The notes beneath the pieces are model-generated. The model saw nothing but the letters and a program-made list of their open reading frames with translations. It had not been told where the DNA came from and ran no database searches. Source: Eledone cirrhosa (Eukaryota). Taken from it: a DNA stretch of 64,000 nucleotides. The stretch is from contig OZ024766.1 in assembly GCA_964016885.1 (NCBI GenBank), positions 8,680,001-8,744,000 on the forward strand. The letters run 5' to 3'. Below, one piece after another: positions 24,974-40,721 of the stretch (the first letter of the stretch is position 1; the number at the start of each line of letters is the position of its first letter). The translations under genes were made by a program, and so were the position numbers.

Positions 24974-25017
24974 TTGACGAAGAGGAGTTTCTGTCGATCA
25001 TGACTGGCGATACCTGA
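24974..25017 (+). CDS. CETN3: Centrin-3 exon 6, terminal (IDEEEFLSIMTGDT*)
   Basis: tttttccag acceptor and TGA stop. Exon lengths 17+136+115+115+77+44 sum to 504 nt (167 aa plus stop), the canonical centrin-3 length. Confidence 0.95.
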
Positions 25018-25147
25018 AGGTAGGGCAGGGTTTGTCCCTACCCCTTGGGGGAGTAGGGTTTTCACCTCTCCTCCGTCACCACCACACCAACTACAACACC
25101 CTCAGTTTAAAGGATGACACCACTATTGGGACGAATACTGAACCTTG

Positions 25148-25634
25148 TACCACCACCACCACTACTTCCACTACCACCACCACTACCACTTCCACTACCA
25201 CTACTTCTACTACCACTACTTCTACCACTACTACTTCCACTACCACTACTTCCACTACTACTACTACTCCCACTACTACTACTTCCACTACTACTACTAC
25301 TCCCACTACTACTACTCCCACTACTACTACTTCCACTACTACTACTACTACTACTACCACCACTACTACTACTACCACCACTACTACTACCACCACCACT
25401 ACTACTACCACCACCACTACTACCACTACAACCACCACTACTACTACTACTACCACCACTACTACTTCCACTACCACTACTTCCACTACCACTACTACCA
25501 CCACCACTACTACTACCACCACCACTACTACTACCACCACCACTACTACGACCACCACCACTACTACTACCACTACAACCACCACCACTACTACTACTAC
25601 TTCCACTACTACTTCCACTACCACTACTACCACC

Positions 25635-25666
<32 letters not shown>

Positions 25667-25944
25667 CACCACCACTACTACGACCACCACTACAACCACC
25701 ACCACTACAACCACCACCACTACTACTACTACTTCCACTACCACTACTTCCACTACTACTACTACTCCCACTACTACAACCACCACTACTACTACTACTT
25801 CCACTACCACTACCACTACAACCACCACTACTACCACCTCTACTACTACTACTTCCACTACCACTACTTCCACTACTACTACCACTACCACTTCCACTAC
25901 TTCCACTACCACTACAACCACCACTACTACTACCACTACTACTA
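25148..25944. repeat. (ACT/ACC)n tract just downstream of the CETN3 stop codon
   Basis: Direct inspection. Confidence 0.92.
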
Positions 25945-28900
25945 CAGTGAAATTCCATTATAACAAAGTCCACGGGGTATAAAAGAAAATTTGTTGTAAT
26001 GAAAAATTCTTTATAATGGGATCGACCAGAAGACATGGAGTGTTTGTTGGTTAAAAGTTTCGTTATACGGAAAAATTGATTATAATGGGATTGACCAAAA
26101 GACATGGAGTGTTTGTTGGTTAAAAGTTTCGTTATACGGAAAAATTGATTATAATGGGATTGACCAGAAGACATGGAGTGTTTGTTGGTTAAAAGTTTCG
26201 TTATACGGAAAAATTGATTATAATGGGATTGACCAAAAGACATGGAGTGTTTGTTGGTTAAAAGTTTCGTTATACGGAAAAATTGATTATAATGGGATTG
26301 ACCAAAAGACATGGAGTGTTTGTTGGTTAAAAGTTTCGTTATACGGAAAAATTCTTTATAATGGGATTGACCAAAAGACATGGAGTGTTTGTTGGTTAAA
26401 AGTTTCGTTATACGGAAAAATTGATTATAATGGGATTGACCAAAAGACATGGAGTGTTTGTTGGTTAAAAGTTTCGTTATACGGAAAAATTCTTTATAAT
26501 GGGATTGACCAAAAGACATGGAGTGTTTGTTGGTTAAAAGTTTCGTTATACGGAAAAATTGATTATAATGGGATTGACCAAAAGACATGGAGTGTTTGTT
26601 GGTTAAAAGTTTCGTTATACGGAAAAATTCTTTATAATGGGATTGACCAAAAGACATGGAGTGTTTGTTGGTTAAAAGTTTCGTTATACGGAAAAATTCT
26701 TTATAATGGGATTGACCAAAAGACATGGAGTGTTTGTTGGTTAAAAGTTTCGTTATACGGAAAAATTCTTTATAATGGGATTGACCAAAAGACATGGAGT
26801 GTTTGTTGGTTAAAAGTTTCGTTATACGGAAAAATTCTTTATAATGGGATTGACCAGAAGACATGGAGTGTTTGTTGGTTAAAAGTTTCGTTATACGGAA
26901 AAATTCTTTATAATGGGATTGACCAAAAGACATGGAGTGTTTGTTGGTTAAAAGTTTCGTTATACGGAAAAATTCTTTATAATGGGATTGACCAGAAGAC
27001 ATGGAGTGTTTGTTGGTTAAAAGTTTCGTTATACGGAAAAATTCTTTATAATGGGATTGACCAAAAGACATGGAGTGTTTGTTGGTTAAAAGTTTCGTTA
27101 TACGGAAAAATTGATTATAATGGGATTGACCAAAAGACATGGAGTGTTTGTTGGTTAAAAGTTTCGTTATACGGAAAAATTGATTATAATGGGATTGACC
27201 AAAAGACATGGAGTGTTTGTTGGTTAAAAGTTTCGTTATACGGAAAAATTGATTATAATGGGATTGACCAAAAGACATGGAGTGTTTGTTGGTTAAAAGT
27301 TTCGTTATACTGAAAAATTGATTATAATGGGATTGACCAGAAGACATGGAGTGTTTGTTGGTTAAAAGTTTCGTTATACTGAAAAATTGATTATAATGGG
27401 ATTGACCAGAAGACATGGAGTGTTTGTTGGTTAAAAGTTTCGTTATACTGAAAAATTGATTATAATGGGATTGACCAAAAGACATGGAGTGTTTGTTGGT
27501 TAAAAGTTTCGTTATACTGAAAAATTGATTATAATGGGATTGACCAGAAGACATGGAGTGTTTGTTGGTTAAAAGTTTCGTTATACTGAAAAATTGATTA
27601 TAATGGGATTGACCAAAAGACATGGAGTGTTTGTTGGTTAAAAGTTTCGTTATACGGAAAAATTGATTATAATGGGATTGACCAAAAGACATGGAGTGTT
27701 TGTTGGTTAAAAGTTTCGTTATACTGAAAAATTGATTATAATGGGATTGACCAGAAGACATGGAGTGTTTGTTGGTTAAAAGTTTCGTTATACTGAAAAA
27801 TTGATTATAATGGGATTGACCAAAAGACATGGAGTGTTTGTTGGTTAAAAGTTTCGTTATACGGAAAAATTCTTTATAATGGGATTGACCAAAAGACATG
27901 GAGTGTTTGTTGGTTAAAAGTTTCGTTATACGGAAAAATTCTTTATAATGGGATTGACCAAAAGACATGGAGTGTTTGTTGGTTAAAAGTTTCGTTATAC
28001 GGAAAAATTCTTTATAATGGGATTGACCAAAAGACATGGAGTGTTTGTTGGTTAAAAGTTTCGTTATACGGAAAAATTCTTTATAATGGGATTGACCAAA
28101 AGACATGGAGTGTTTGTTGGTTAAAAGTTTCGTTATACGGAAAAATTCTTTATAATGGGATTGACCAAAAGACATGGAGTGTTTGTTGGTTAAAAGTTTC
28201 GTTATACGGAAAAATTCTTTATAATGGGATTGACCAAAAGACATGGAGTGTTTGTTGGTTAAAAGTTTCATTATACGGAAAAATTCTTTATAATGGGATT
28301 GACCAAAAGACATGGAGTGTTTGTTGGTTAAAAGTTTCGTTATACGGAAAAATTCTTTATAATGGGATTGACCAAAAGACATGGAGTGTTTGTTGGTTAA
28401 AAGTTTCGTTATACGGAAAAATTCTTTATAATGGGATTGACCAAAAGACATGGAGTGTTTGTTGGTTAAAAGTTTCGTTATACGGAAAAATTCTTTATAA
28501 TGGGATTGACCAAAAGACATGGAGTGTTTGTTGGTTAAAAGTTTCGTTATACGGAAAAATTGATTATAATGGGATTGACCAAAAGACATGGAGTGTTTGT
28601 TGGTTAAAAGTTTCGTTATACGGAAAAATTCTTTATAATGGGATTGACCAAAAGACATGGAGTGTTTGTTGGTTAAAAGTTTCGTTATACGGAAAAATTG
28701 ATTATAATGGGATTGACCAAAAGACATGGAGTGTTTGTTGGTTAAAAGTTTCGTTATACGGAAAAATTGATTATAATGGGATTGACCAAAAGACATGGAG
28801 TGTTTGTTGGTTAAAAGTTTCGTTATACGGAAAAATTGATTATAATGGGATTGACCAAAAGACATGGAGTGTTTGTTGGTTAAAAGTTTCGTTATACGGA

Positions 28901-29150
28901 AAAATTGATTATAATGGGATTGACCAAAAGACATGGAGTGTTTGTTGGTTAAAAGTTACGTTATACGGAAAAATTGATTATAATGGGATTGACCAAAAGA
29001 CATGGAGTGTTTGTTGGTTAAAAGTTTCGTTATACGGAAAAATTGATTATAATGGGATTGACCAAAAGACATGGAGTGTTTGTTGGTTAAAAGTTTCGTT
29101 ATACGGAAAAATTGATTATAATGGGATTCATAACAAAATATTACCTGTAC
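25945..29150. repeat. 69-bp minisatellite (~45 copies) inside a probable pogo/Tigger-like MITE
   Basis: Unit TTATAATGGGATTGACCAAAAGACATGGAGTGTTTGTTGGTTAAAAGTTTCGTTATACGGAAAAATTGA. The left end TA-CAGTGAAATTCCATTATAAC resembles pogo-type TIRs and is partly complementary to TTATAATGGGATTCA at the right end. Confidence 0.85.
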
Positions 29151-29314
29151 TACCACACCAACAACAACAGTAACACTACCACACCTACAACAACAGTAAC
29201 ACTACCACCACCTACAACAACAACCACAGCAATACCATCATCAACAACAGCAGCTTCAACATTAACAAGAATACTAAATCTAATGCCAAATGTCATTTTA
29301 ACTTCATTTTATAT

Positions 29315-30445
<1,131 letters not shown>

Positions 30446-30474
30446 GAACAAAAGATGGTTAAAAGGGTTCCATG

Positions 30475-30543
30475 TATTTTATTATGTTCATTTCAAAAAC
30501 AAATATCATCATGCAATAATATTTGTGTTTTCATCAGATAAAA
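30475..30543 (-). ncRNA. Type I hammerhead motif (helix III palindrome decayed)
   Basis: Reverse complement TTTTAT-CTGATGA-AAACACAAATATTATTGCATGATGATATTTGTTTTT-GAAA-TGAACA-TA-ATAAAATA. Paralogue of 41100; the host element spans ~30445-30655. Confidence 0.68.
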
Positions 30544-30679
30544 CAGGAGGACATGATATGAAGGTTAAAAAACACTTGTTCATAGTGCAGTTTTAAATCA
30601 ACATCATCCGAAATCTGCATTGCTTTATTGTACTTCAATAAAACTCACCTCCTACATATATATATATATATTATATATA

Positions 30680-30873
30680 TAGGAACTAGTAGGACCCCGA
30701 CGGCTGAGCTCAAGCCGTTTCGACGGCTAATTCTGGACAGAATTAGCCGTCGAAACAGCTTGAGCTCAGCCGTCGGGGTCTTACTGGTTCCTATTACCCA
30801 CTCTACTACCCTAAGTATTGAGTACTTTGGTGCGTTATGGTCCACCTGGTTCCTTACCACATTTCCTTCGTTA
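30680..30873. mobile_element. Hairpin-ended non-autonomous element in (TA)n
   Basis: TAGGAACTAGTAGGACCCCGACGG...CCGTCGGGGTCTTACTGGTTCCTA stem followed by the unique arm ending TTCCTTCGTTA. Confidence 0.85.
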
Positions 30874-30906
30874 TATATATATATATAAATATATATATAT
30901 ATAAAT

Positions 30907-31032
<126 letters not shown>

Positions 31033-31097
31033 GTACATATATATATATATGTATGTCTCTCTCTCTCGCTATATATATATATATATATATATACATA

Positions 31098-31131
<34 letters not shown>

Positions 31132-31609
31132 TACATATACATACATATATATATGTATGTCTCTCTCGCTATATATATATATATGTGTGTGTGTGTGGAT
31201 TTATGTTTATATGTGTCAGAACATGGGTGTAAGTGTGTGTGAGTATATATATATATGTGTGTGTGTGTGTGTGCCAGGGCATGTGTTTTTTTTATGTAAC
31301 TTTTTAAAAATACTTTTTGCGGGTCTTTTTTTTTCCTTTTAAGGTAAATAAAATAAAATTTTTCTTTCTTTTTTTCTTTTGTTTGTTTGTTTGTTTCTCT
31401 CTTTTTCCCTTCTTTCTCTCTTCCTTTCTTTCTTTTGTTTGTGTGTTTGTTTGTTTATTTATTTCCTCTAAATTATTCCCGAGAGAGTGTTGGGTGTGGC
31501 GGTTTGGTGGGTTTCTTATTGACCAGAGTGCTCGGACACCCCTTATAGAGGGCCCTGTCAGAAGCTACCATCCCTAATATGGTCTGGACCCCGCCTTACT
31601 GTAGCACCG

Positions 31610-32650
31610 ACTCTGGATGTCGGTGAGCATGTCCAGCTAACCTCAGTCTCCTCTGTGTCACTTTTGAGCTGACTTTTGGGAGGCTCCCATACAGCTCTGA
31701 GTATTTCATCCTCAGTGTATACTGATTAATGTTCAGAACCATAGTGGACTATTGTATGTGCCTTGCACTGGAGAAACACCAGGACTCTGGCTTTACTGTA
31801 GCACCAGCTCAGAGCAGGAGAGTTAAGGCGAAAAAGATATCGGATGCTGAATTTTCTGACAACATAGTTCTGGTGACAAACACAGTGAAGGAGGCAGAGG
31901 AGTTAATGCAGGAGGTTGAGACTGTGTCGATGAGTGTGGGGGCTGAGAATGAAGTTAAGACGAAGTATCTGGTAGAGAATATTAAGACTGTAGGAGGGAA
32001 GCCGCTAGAATTGGTTGAGGACTTCATGTATCTTGGAGCAAAGATTGGGAACACCGAGGATGATGTGGTGGAGAGGAAGAGCAAAGCCTGGGCGGCGTGC
32101 CACAGCTTGAGATCGGTGTGGAAGTTGGACCTTTGTAAAGACCTTGCTACAGTGGAGTCTTCTACTGTACGGGTTTGAGACTTGGACACTGACCAAGAAA
32201 CTCACTCAGATGGTGGATGGGTGTTACACAAGAATGCTGAGGATGGCTTTGAACATTAATCAGTATACACTGAGGATGAAAAACTCAGAGCTGTATGGGA
32301 GCCTCCCAAAAGCCAGCTTGAAAGTAACACAGAGGTGACTGAGGTTAGCTGGACATGCTCACCGACATCCAGAGTTGACACTGCACTCAGTGCTCCTGTG
32401 GGAGCCCCTGCATGGACACACTGGGTTAGCTGGACATGCTCACCGACATCCAGAGTTGACACTGCACTCAGTGCTCCTGTGGGAGCCCCTGCACGGACAC
32501 ATTAGAAGAAGAAGACCAAGGCTAACGTATGTTGATCCCCTAATGACAGACACTGGTCTCTGGGAGACGCAGGACATGACAGCTATAATGAAGGTCAGAG
32601 ACTGCTGGATAGAACTCGTCCATGGATCTCGGGAATTTTACCTGCCCTAG
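31610..32650 (+). mobile_element. RTE LINE fragment (RT domains 5-7 to 3' end, frameshifted) preceded by an inverted copy of its own 3' region
   Basis: ORFs 31729-32178, 32144-32338 (LLYGFETWTLTKK) and 32375-32650. 31610-31735 is the reverse complement of ~32250-32375. Confidence 0.9.
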
Positions 32651-32661
32651 ATATATGTGTG

Positions 32662-32744
<83 letters not shown>

Positions 32745-33193
32745 GGCGAAATAATCGTAAAGATTTTTAAAAGGGAAAAAAAAACGAAGGCAGCTAAAAA
32801 CTTCTGTAACTTTAAGGTTTACAAAGTTACCTCCCTGTATCATTGCTCTCTTTACAAGTTATCTCCCTTGGAAAGTTTGGCTGCTATTTCTAACAAGGCC
32901 AACTACTGTATAGAGGTCTCCCTCATGCATAAGACGGTAAGACGTGATTTGAGGGAGATTTGGCTGCTATTTCTTATACACACACATATATACACATACA
33001 CACATATATATATACACACATATATGCATAATATATACATACATATGAATATAACAATATATATATATGTGTGTGTATGTATATATATATATATATATAT
33101 ATATTGCATAATATGTATATAACATAACATATATTTATTAAAATAACAGATTAAAGTTTAAGCAAAGAATCGCTGCTTTCACCCTTAACGGGA

Positions 33194-33248
<55 letters not shown>

Positions 33249-33250
<2 letters not shown>

Positions 33251-33700
33251 TGGCTGCCAACTCGTTTTCGAGTACGGCCGCTACTTTATATCCATGTAGG
33301 AGAACCCTTACCGATGCGCTGAACGAGTGTGACTTTTTAGTCCAGCCAGCGACTTGAAAACTCTGGTACAAACACTACACTTGTGACAATTATTGACACA
33401 TAGTGCTGGGCCCATGGTACCATGTGACGACAAGTGCAGAGAGATCTCCAGATATAAAGCAATGCCTGTGCCGTGAAGCTTTTATAGTGAGCAAAGGCAC
33501 TGCACAAAGCCAGTCCCACTCTCTTAACCAAGATGATATTTACCAAAAAGACCAACAAGTCAACATCATTGGATACCATCAGGGTTGTAGGTGTTATATC
33601 AGAGTTTTCCTTCTCCTAGAATTCTGCCTTGACAAAGGCTAAGGGGTCATCTCTCCTGGTGATTTTGGATGGCCATTGACTCTTAAGAGCTCCTTTGCTC
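33249..33700 (-). mobile_element. Truncated copy of the 610-bp RTE-5'-like repeat
   Basis: Near-identical to 18108-18560. Confidence 0.8.
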
Positions 33701-33804
33701 TTATATATATATACGTTATTCCGGGTTGAATCGGAGGTAACCACAGTAAGTAAGGTACTCAATACATTGCAGAGTATAAAAGTTTTAATATAGATGAGAT
33801 TCTA

Positions 33805-33848
33805 CAGAACTAGAACTGCTTCATTCTTTAGAAATCATCAGCGATCTA
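33805..33848 (-). ncRNA. Decayed hammerhead (GAAG instead of GAAA)
   Basis: Reverse complement CTGATGA-T-TTCT-AA-AGAA-T-GAAG-CAGT-TC-TAG. The host element 33716-33848 is homologous to 49755-49893. Confidence 0.5.
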
Positions 33849-33869
33849 TATATATATACATACATACAT

Positions 33870-34478
33870 GGTGGCTGCCAACTCGTTTTCGAGTACGGCC
33901 ACTACTTTATATCCATGTAGGAGAACCCCTACCGATGTGCTGAACGAGTGTGACTTTTCAGTCCAGCCAGCGACTTGAAAACTCTAGTACAAACACTACA
34001 CTTGTGACAATTATTGACACATAGTGCTGGGCCCATGGTACCATGTGAGGACAAGTGCAGAGAGATCTCCAGATATAAAGCAATGCCTGCGCCGTGAAGC
34101 TTTTATAGTGAGCAAAGGCACTGCACAAAGCCAGTCCCACTCTCTTAACCAAGATGATATTTACCAAAAAGAAGAACACGTCAACATCATTGGATACCAT
34201 CAGGGTTGCAGGTGTTATATCAGAGTTTTCCTTCTCCTAGAATTCTGCCTTGACAAAGGCTAAGGGGTCATCTCTCCCGGTGATTTTGGATGGCCATTGA
34301 CTCTTAAGAGCTCCTTTGCCCTTTGACAGGTTTTGTTTTTAGTCCTGCAGGATGTCCAAAGTCACCCTCCTCACCAAGAAACCTTGGTGGGGTTGCCAGT
34401 TTAGTCGCCAACGACCCGACCATGGGACAGGTTGTACTGGGATACATGTTACCAGTAGCACCAAGTGGTGACCTGACA
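33870..34478 (-). mobile_element. Full copy of the 610-bp RTE-5'-like repeat
   Basis: Near-identical to 18108-18718. Confidence 0.8.
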
Positions 34479-34566
34479 TACATACATACATATATATATA
34501 TACATACATATACACACACACATATATGTGTGTGTGTGTATGTATGTATATATGTGTGTATTTGTG

Positions 34567-34600
<34 letters not shown>

Positions 34601-34631
34601 AATACACGCATATATACATATATATATACAT

Positions 34632-34662
<31 letters not shown>

Positions 34663-35004
34663 CATACATACATACATATATATATACATACATATACACA
34701 CACACATATATGTGTGTGTGTCTGTATGTATATATGTGTGTATTTGTGTATATATATATATATATATATACACACACAAATACACGCATATATACATATA
34801 TATATACATACATATATATATATATATATACATACACAAATACAGACATCTGTTCAGTATTCAACCAAAATTAGATTCTGTCGTCTGCTTTGTTTGAAAT
34901 TTCTTTATGTATATTTCTAATCAGTTGTTGCCTCGTTTTGGAGGACTGAGTTGTGGGGGGAGGAAGGGGGTGATATGAGGAAGGATTTAACACTGTAGTA
35001 GTAT

Positions 35005-35620
35005 CTCCTCTTCCCCCTCTCTCACTGAAACGTCTTCTCTTTTTCCTCCCCCCTTTCTCATTCAAACGTTATCCCTTTCTTTCTCCTCTCTCTGCTCTCC
35101 CTTTGCTTCTCTTTATTCCCCTCTCTCTCCCCTCTTCCCCCTCTATCTCCTCTTTCTCCCCCCCTCTCTCCTCTTTCTTCTCTCCCCCTCTCTCTCCTCT
35201 TTCTTCCCCTCTCTCTCTCCTCTTTCTTCCCCTCTCTCTCCCCTCCCTTTTCTCCCCCCCTCTCTCCTCTTTCTTACCCTCTCTCTCTCCTCTTTCTTCC
35301 CATCTCTCTTTCCCCTCCCTTCCCCCCTCTCCTCTTTCTTCTCTCCCCCCTCTTTCTCCTCTTTCTTCCCCTCTCTCTCTCCTCTTTCTTCCCCTCTCTC
35401 TCTTCTCTCCCTTTTCTTCTCTTTCTCTCCTTTCCCTTTTATTCTCTTTCGCCTCCTCTCTTTCAAACATCCTCCCCTTCCTTCTCTTTCTCCTCCCCCT
35501 CTCATTCAAACGTTCTATCTTTCTTTCTCCTCCCTCTCCCTTTAAACGTCCTTTTTTCTCTCCCCCTCCCTTGTTCAACCGTCCTCTCTTTCTTCTTCCT
35601 CCTCCTTCTCCTCTCTGACC
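35005..35620. repeat. Polypyrimidine/polypurine (CT-rich) tract
   Basis: Almost exclusively C/T on the plus strand. Confidence 0.9.
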
Positions 35621-35809
35621 ACTGGGATTAGAGGTGGTAGGAGGGATTAACACTCTTTACTATTATCTCCTCCCCCCCTTCTAATCCCCTCTCTCTCCTT
35701 TAAGCCTCCTACCACATCCTTTGATCATGCAAAGAGGAGGTGGGAGGTGTTAATACGCTGTTATTACCTCCTACCATTCCTTTCTCCTCCGAGCTACCAC
35801 CTCCTTTCT

Positions 35810-38515
35810 TCTACTACCACCACTACCACCACTACCACCACTACTACCACTACCACCACTACCACCACTACCACCACTACCACCGCTGGCTGCTACCGCT
35901 ACTACAACCTTTGACCAGCAACAACAGTAACAACAACACCAACATTAAAACCACTGCAAAAACACCACTACCACCACCACTACCACTACTACCACCAACA
36001 CCACCACCACCATTACCACCACCAACACCACCACCACTAAAACAACAACACCACCACCAACAACAACACCACCACCAACAACACCACCACTAAAACAACA
36101 ACAACAACACCACCACCACCACCACCACCTCCACCACCACCACCTCCACCAACACCACCACTAAAACAACAACACCACCACCAACAACAACACCACCACC
36201 AACAACACCACCACTAAAACAACAACAACACCACCACCACCACCACCACCTCCACCACCACCACCACCACCTCCACCAACACCACCACTAAAACAACAAC
36301 AACACCACCACCACCACCACCACCACCACCTCCACCACCGCCACCACCACCTCCACCAACACCGCCACTAAAACAACAACAACACCACCACCACCACCAC
36401 CACCACCACTGCCACCCCCACCTCCACCAACACCGCCACTAAAACAACAACAACACCACCAACACCACCACCACCACCACCACCACCACTGCCACCCCCA
36501 CCTCCACCAACACCGCCACTAAAACAACAACAACACCACCAACACCACCACCACCACCACCAACACCACCACCTCCACCAACACCACCACTAAAACAACA
36601 CCACCACCACCACCACCACCAACACCACCACCACCACCACCACCACTGCCACCCCCACCTCCACCAACACCGCCACTAAAACAACAACAACAACAACACC
36701 AACACCACCACCACCACCACCACTGCCACCCCCACCTCCACCAACACCGCCACTAAAACAACAACAACAACACCACCACCACCACCGCCACCACCACCAC
36801 CACCACCACAACATTAACACAAACAACTGATACAACAGCTGCAGCAACAACAACAGCAGCTGCAGCAGCAGTGTAAAATAGAGAAACAGTAAGAGCAGTG
36901 AGAGAGAGAGAGAAATAGTATGAGCAGAGAGAGAGAGATAGTAAGAGAAGTGAGAGAGAGAGAGAGATAGTAAGAGAAGTGAGAGAGAGAGAGAGATAGT
37001 AAGCGAAGTGAGAGAGAGAGATAGTAAGAGAAGTGAGAGAGAGAGAAAAACAGAGAGATAGTAAGAGCAGTGAGAGAGAGATAGTAAGAGAAGTGAGAGA
37101 GAGATAGTAAGAGAAGTGAGAGAGAGAGATAGTAAGAGCAGTGAGAGAGAGAGTTAGTAAGAGAAGTGAAAGAGAGAGAAAAAGAGAGAGATAGTAATAG
37201 CAGTGAGAGAGAGAGATAGTAAGAGCAGTGAGAGAGAGAGGGAAAAAGAGAGAGATAATAAGAGCAGTGAGAGAGAAAGAGAGAGATAGTAAGAGAAGTG
37301 AGAGAGAGAGAGCGAAATTGTAAGAGAAGTGAGAGAGAGACATAGTACGAGCAGTGAGAGAGAAAGAGAGAGTGTAAGCAGAATGTGACTGAGTGAATGG
37401 ATGTGTGTGTGTGTGTATTTGTATGTGTGAGTATGAATGAGTGTATGTGTAGTGTGTATGTGTGTGTGTGTTTATGTGTGTGTGAGTATGAATGTGTATG
37501 TGTAGTGTGTATCTGTGTGTGTGTGTGAGTATGAATGAATGTATGTGTAGTGTGTATCTGTGTGTGAGTGTGTGTGTGTGAGTATGAATGAATGTATGTG
37601 TAGTGTGTATCTGTGTGTGTGTGTGTGTGTGTGAGTATGAATGAGTGTATGTGTAGTGTGTGTGTGTGTGTGTGAGTATGAATGAATGTATGAGTAGTGT
37701 GTGTGTGTGTGTGTGAGTATGAATGAGTGTATGTGTAGTGTGTGTCTGTGTGTACTGTGTAGTGTGTGTGTGTATGTGGTGGATTTGTGTGTGTGTGTGT
37801 AGTGTATGGTGTGAATGAGTCTCTGTGTGGTGTGAATGTGTATGTGTGTGTATGTGCATCTCTGTGAATGTATGTATGTGTGTGTGGTGAATGTGTGTGT
37901 GTCTGCCTCTGTAGTGGTGAATATATGAATGTGTGTGTGTGTGTGTGTAGTGGTGTGAATGTGTGTGTTATGGTGTGAATGTGTATGTGTCTGTGTAGTG
38001 CAAATTTGTATGTGTGTGTCTGTGTGTCTGTGTATGTATGTGTGTGTCTGTGTGTGTGTGTCTGTGTATGTGTATGTGAGTGTGTGAATGTGGTTAAGTA
38101 TTATATAATAGTAAATCAGTCTATATATGTGTGTGTGTGTGTGTCTCACTGCTGTATGTGTGTATGTGTGTATGTGTGTGTTTATGTGTGTATGTGTTTG
38201 TGTGAGGTGTGAGTGTGTGAATATGTTTCAGTATTATATAAGAGTAAATCTATATATATCTGTGTGTGTGTGTGTATGTGTTTGTGTGTGTGTGAGTGTG
38301 TGTGTGTGTGTGTGAATGTGTGTCTGTATTATATAGTAGTAAATCTGTATATATATGTGTGTGTGTGTGTATATGTGTGAGGTGTGAGTGTGTGAATGTG
38401 TGTCTGTATTATATAGTAGTAAATCTGTATATATATATATGTGTATGTGTGTGTGTATGTGTTTGTGTGTGGTGTGAGTGTGTGAATGTGTCTGTATTAT
38501 ATAGTAGTAAATCTG

Positions 38516-38558
<43 letters not shown>

Positions 38559-39626
38559 TTGTGTGTGGTGTGAGTGTGTGAATGTGTGTCTGTATTATAT
38601 AGTAGTAAATTTGTATATATATGTGTGTGTGTATGTGTGAGTGTGTGAATGTGTGTCTGTATTATATAGTAGTAAATCTGTTATGTGTGTGTGTGTGTGT
38701 GAATGTGTCTGTATTATATAGTAGTAAATCTGTATATATATGTGTGTTTGTGTGTCAGTATATGTCTGTGTATGTTTGTGTCTGTGTGTGTGTGTGTGTG
38801 TCAGTATATGTCAGTACATGTCTGTGTGTGTGTGTGATTCAGTATATGTCTGTGTGTTTGTGTCTGTGTGTGTCAGTATATGTCTGTGTGTCTTTGTGTG
38901 TCTGTGTGTGTGTGTGTGTCAGTATATGTCTGTGTGTGTCAGTATATGTCTGTGTGTGTGTGTATATGTCAGTATATGTCAGTGTGTGTCTGTATATGTC
39001 TGTATATGTCTGTGTGTGTGTGTATATGTCTGTATATGTCTGTGTGTGTGTCAGTATATGTCTGTATATGTCTGTGTGTGTCTGTATATGTCAGTATATG
39101 TGTGTGTGTGTGTGTATACGTCTGTATATGTCTGTGTGTGTGTGTGTATATGTCTGTATATGTCTGTGTGTGTGTGTGTATATGTCTGTGTATGTCTGTG
39201 TGTGTGTGTGTATATGTCTGTATATGTCTGTGTGTGTCTGTATATGTCAGTATATGTGTGTGTGTGTGTGTATACGTCTGTATATGTCTGTGTGTGTGTG
39301 TGTATATGTCTGTATATGTCTCTGTGTGTGTGTATATGTCTGTGTATGTCTGTGTGTGTGTCAGTATATGTCTGTATATGTCCGTGTGTGTCTGTATATG
39401 TCTGTGTGTGTGTGTATATGTCAGTATATATGTGTGTGTGCGTGTGTATACGTCTGTATACGTCTGTATATGTCCGTGTGTGTCTGTGTGTGTGTCAGTG
39501 TCAGTGTCAGTGTAATGGTGGAAAATAAAAATGTGTATTGTAGTGTTTAGTGAGCTAGAAGAAGAAGAAAAAGAAGAAGACAAGGAAGAAGAACGACAGC
39601 AGCAACAACAACAACAACAACGACAG

Positions 39627-39660
<34 letters not shown>

Positions 39661-39715
39661 AACAACAACAGCAACAACAACAACAACAGCAGCATACATC
39701 AGCTGAATAACAATA
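35810..39715. repeat. Concatenated simple-repeat block: CAC/CAA, GA-rich with GATAGTAAGAG spacers, TG-rich compound arrays, CAA/CAG
   Basis: Direct inspection. Confidence 0.9.
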
Positions 39716-39751
39716 ACAGTAGTTTGTAGTGAAACTATGCAATATATCTGG

Positions 39752-39824
39752 TTAACATCCATGTTTAAATCGCTTGGAATACAAACAAGACTGGAACATG
39801 TTGGATTGGCTGGTTGGTCTGAGG
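39752..39824 (-). CDS. Candidate terminal exon ([23 protein letters not shown]) of an unidentified gene
   Basis: Unique island with an accag acceptor, phase-compatible with the candidate exon at 42210-42262. Protein not recognised. Confidence 0.25.
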
Positions 39825-40521
39825 CTGGTATGTATTATATATATATGGTGTATATATGTGTATATGTAGGTGTATGTATGTATATATAGTGTATATATGT
39901 ATATATATAGTGTATATATGTATATATATAGGTGTATATATAGTGTACATATGTTTATATTGTATATATGTATATATATAGGTGTATATATGTATATATA
40001 TATAGGTGTGTATATGTATATATAGTGTATATATGTGTATATATAGGTGTATATGTGTATATATATGGTGTATATATGTATATATATAGTGTATATATGT
40101 ATATATATAGGTGTATATGTATATATATATATAGGTGTGTATATGTATATATAGTGTTTCGTATGTGTATATATAGGTGTATATGTGTATATATATAGTG
40201 TATATATGTATATATATAGGTGTATATGTGTATATATATAGGTGTATATATATATATATAGGTGTATATATGTATATATATGTGTATATATATATAGTGT
40301 ATATATGTATATATATAGGTGTGTATATGTATATATATAGTGTATATATGTATATATATAGGTGTATATGTGTATATATATAGTGTATATATGTATATAT
40401 ATAGGTGTATATATATATATATATAGGTGTATATATATATAGTGTATATATGTATATATAGTGTATATATGTATATATATATAGGTGTATATATATATAT
40501 ATATATATATTGTTTATATAT

Positions 40522-40721
40522 NNNNNNNNNNNNNNNNNNNNNNNNNNNNNNNNNNNNNNNNNNNNNNNNNNNNNNNNNNNNNNNNNNNNNNNNNNNNNNN
40601 NNNNNNNNNNNNNNNNNNNNNNNNNNNNNNNNNNNNNNNNNNNNNNNNNNNNNNNNNNNNNNNNNNNNNNNNNNNNNNNNNNNNNNNNNNNNNNNNNNNN
40701 NNNNNNNNNNNNNNNNNNNNN
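40522..40721. other. Assembly gap (200 N)
   Basis: Run of n characters. Confidence 0.99.

Noticed and set aside
25107-28934. 1275-aa ORF with 23-aa repeats
   Set aside because: It is the translation of a stop-free 69-bp minisatellite plus a trinucleotide tract, with no unique domain or splice support.
31729-32650. Functional reverse transcriptase gene
   Set aside because: Only the C-terminal RT part is present, it is frameshifted, and the catalytic motif is degraded (FSDN/FAGD instead of FADD).
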